Of a DNA stretch of 64,000 nucleotides, positions 63,750 through 64,000 are shown piece after piece (position 1 is the first letter of the stretch; each line of letters begins with the position of its first letter). Source of the DNA: Vicugna vicugna (lineage: Eukaryota); the NCBI GenBank assembly GCA_013265495.1, contig MU057377.1, positions 434,001-498,000 on the forward strand, read 5' to 3'. The notes under the pieces were generated by a model. That model did no database searches and had not been told where the DNA came from. It saw only the letters and a list, made by a program, of their open reading frames with translations. The position numbers were made by a program, and so were the translations under genes.

Positions 63750-64000
63750 GCAAGTATTATCTTGCTTCCGTAATACATTTTATTGTGCTTTCTAATTTAA
63801 ATACATAGTGAGCTGAACACATCTATGGAGTTCTTGTCTCCAGTTCTTTCCAGCATTATTTAGACTACAGATTTCTTAAGAAAAGAACAGCAAATGTTGG
63901 TTTGTCCACATTTTTTACAAATGCCTTTGAGAAATGAAGTTTTTTTTGATGTTGAAACAAAAACTATATACTATAGATGTTTCAGGTACAGCCTTTTCGT

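Noticed and set aside
63427..63795. ORF-track 122-aa protein with a hydrophobic N-terminus
   Set aside because: The flanks are intronic; only 63542-63749 is coding.

Overview
Mammalian (eutherian) genomic DNA, not prokaryotic. The tRNA-derived SINEs and young L1 3' ends point to a camelid (Camelus/Vicugna); this is an inference from repeat recognition. The window holds the 5' ends of two divergently oriented genes. (1) CRB1, minus strand: a 70-nt first coding exon at 25460-25529 encoding a signal peptide, missed by the ORF track. Intron 1 runs off the left edge of the window. (2) ZBTB41, plus strand: CpG-island promoter at about 52.7-53.7 kb, a large BTB/acidic/zinc-finger exon (CDS 53835-54957) and a C2H2 exon (63542-63749) that ends in a non-canonical GC donor. 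The rest is intronic or intergenic and full of interspersed repeats: HAL1, L1, L2, MIR, MaLR/ERVL/ERV1 LTRs, hAT and Tigger DNA transposons, and lineage SINEs. Most notable observations: focal AT-to-GC shifts suggestive of GC-biased gene conversion, seen in CRB1 exon 1, the ZBTB41 N-terminus and a neutral old L1; a G-quadruplex motif and stacked uORFs in the CRB1 leader; uORFs in the ZBTB41 leader; CRX/NRL-type motif clusters around CRB1; a young solo LTR with intact TSDs; and a twin-primed L1. I found no convincing evidence of a wholly new biological system. Repeat family names, approximate repeat boundaries and all human comparisons come from recall, not database searches.
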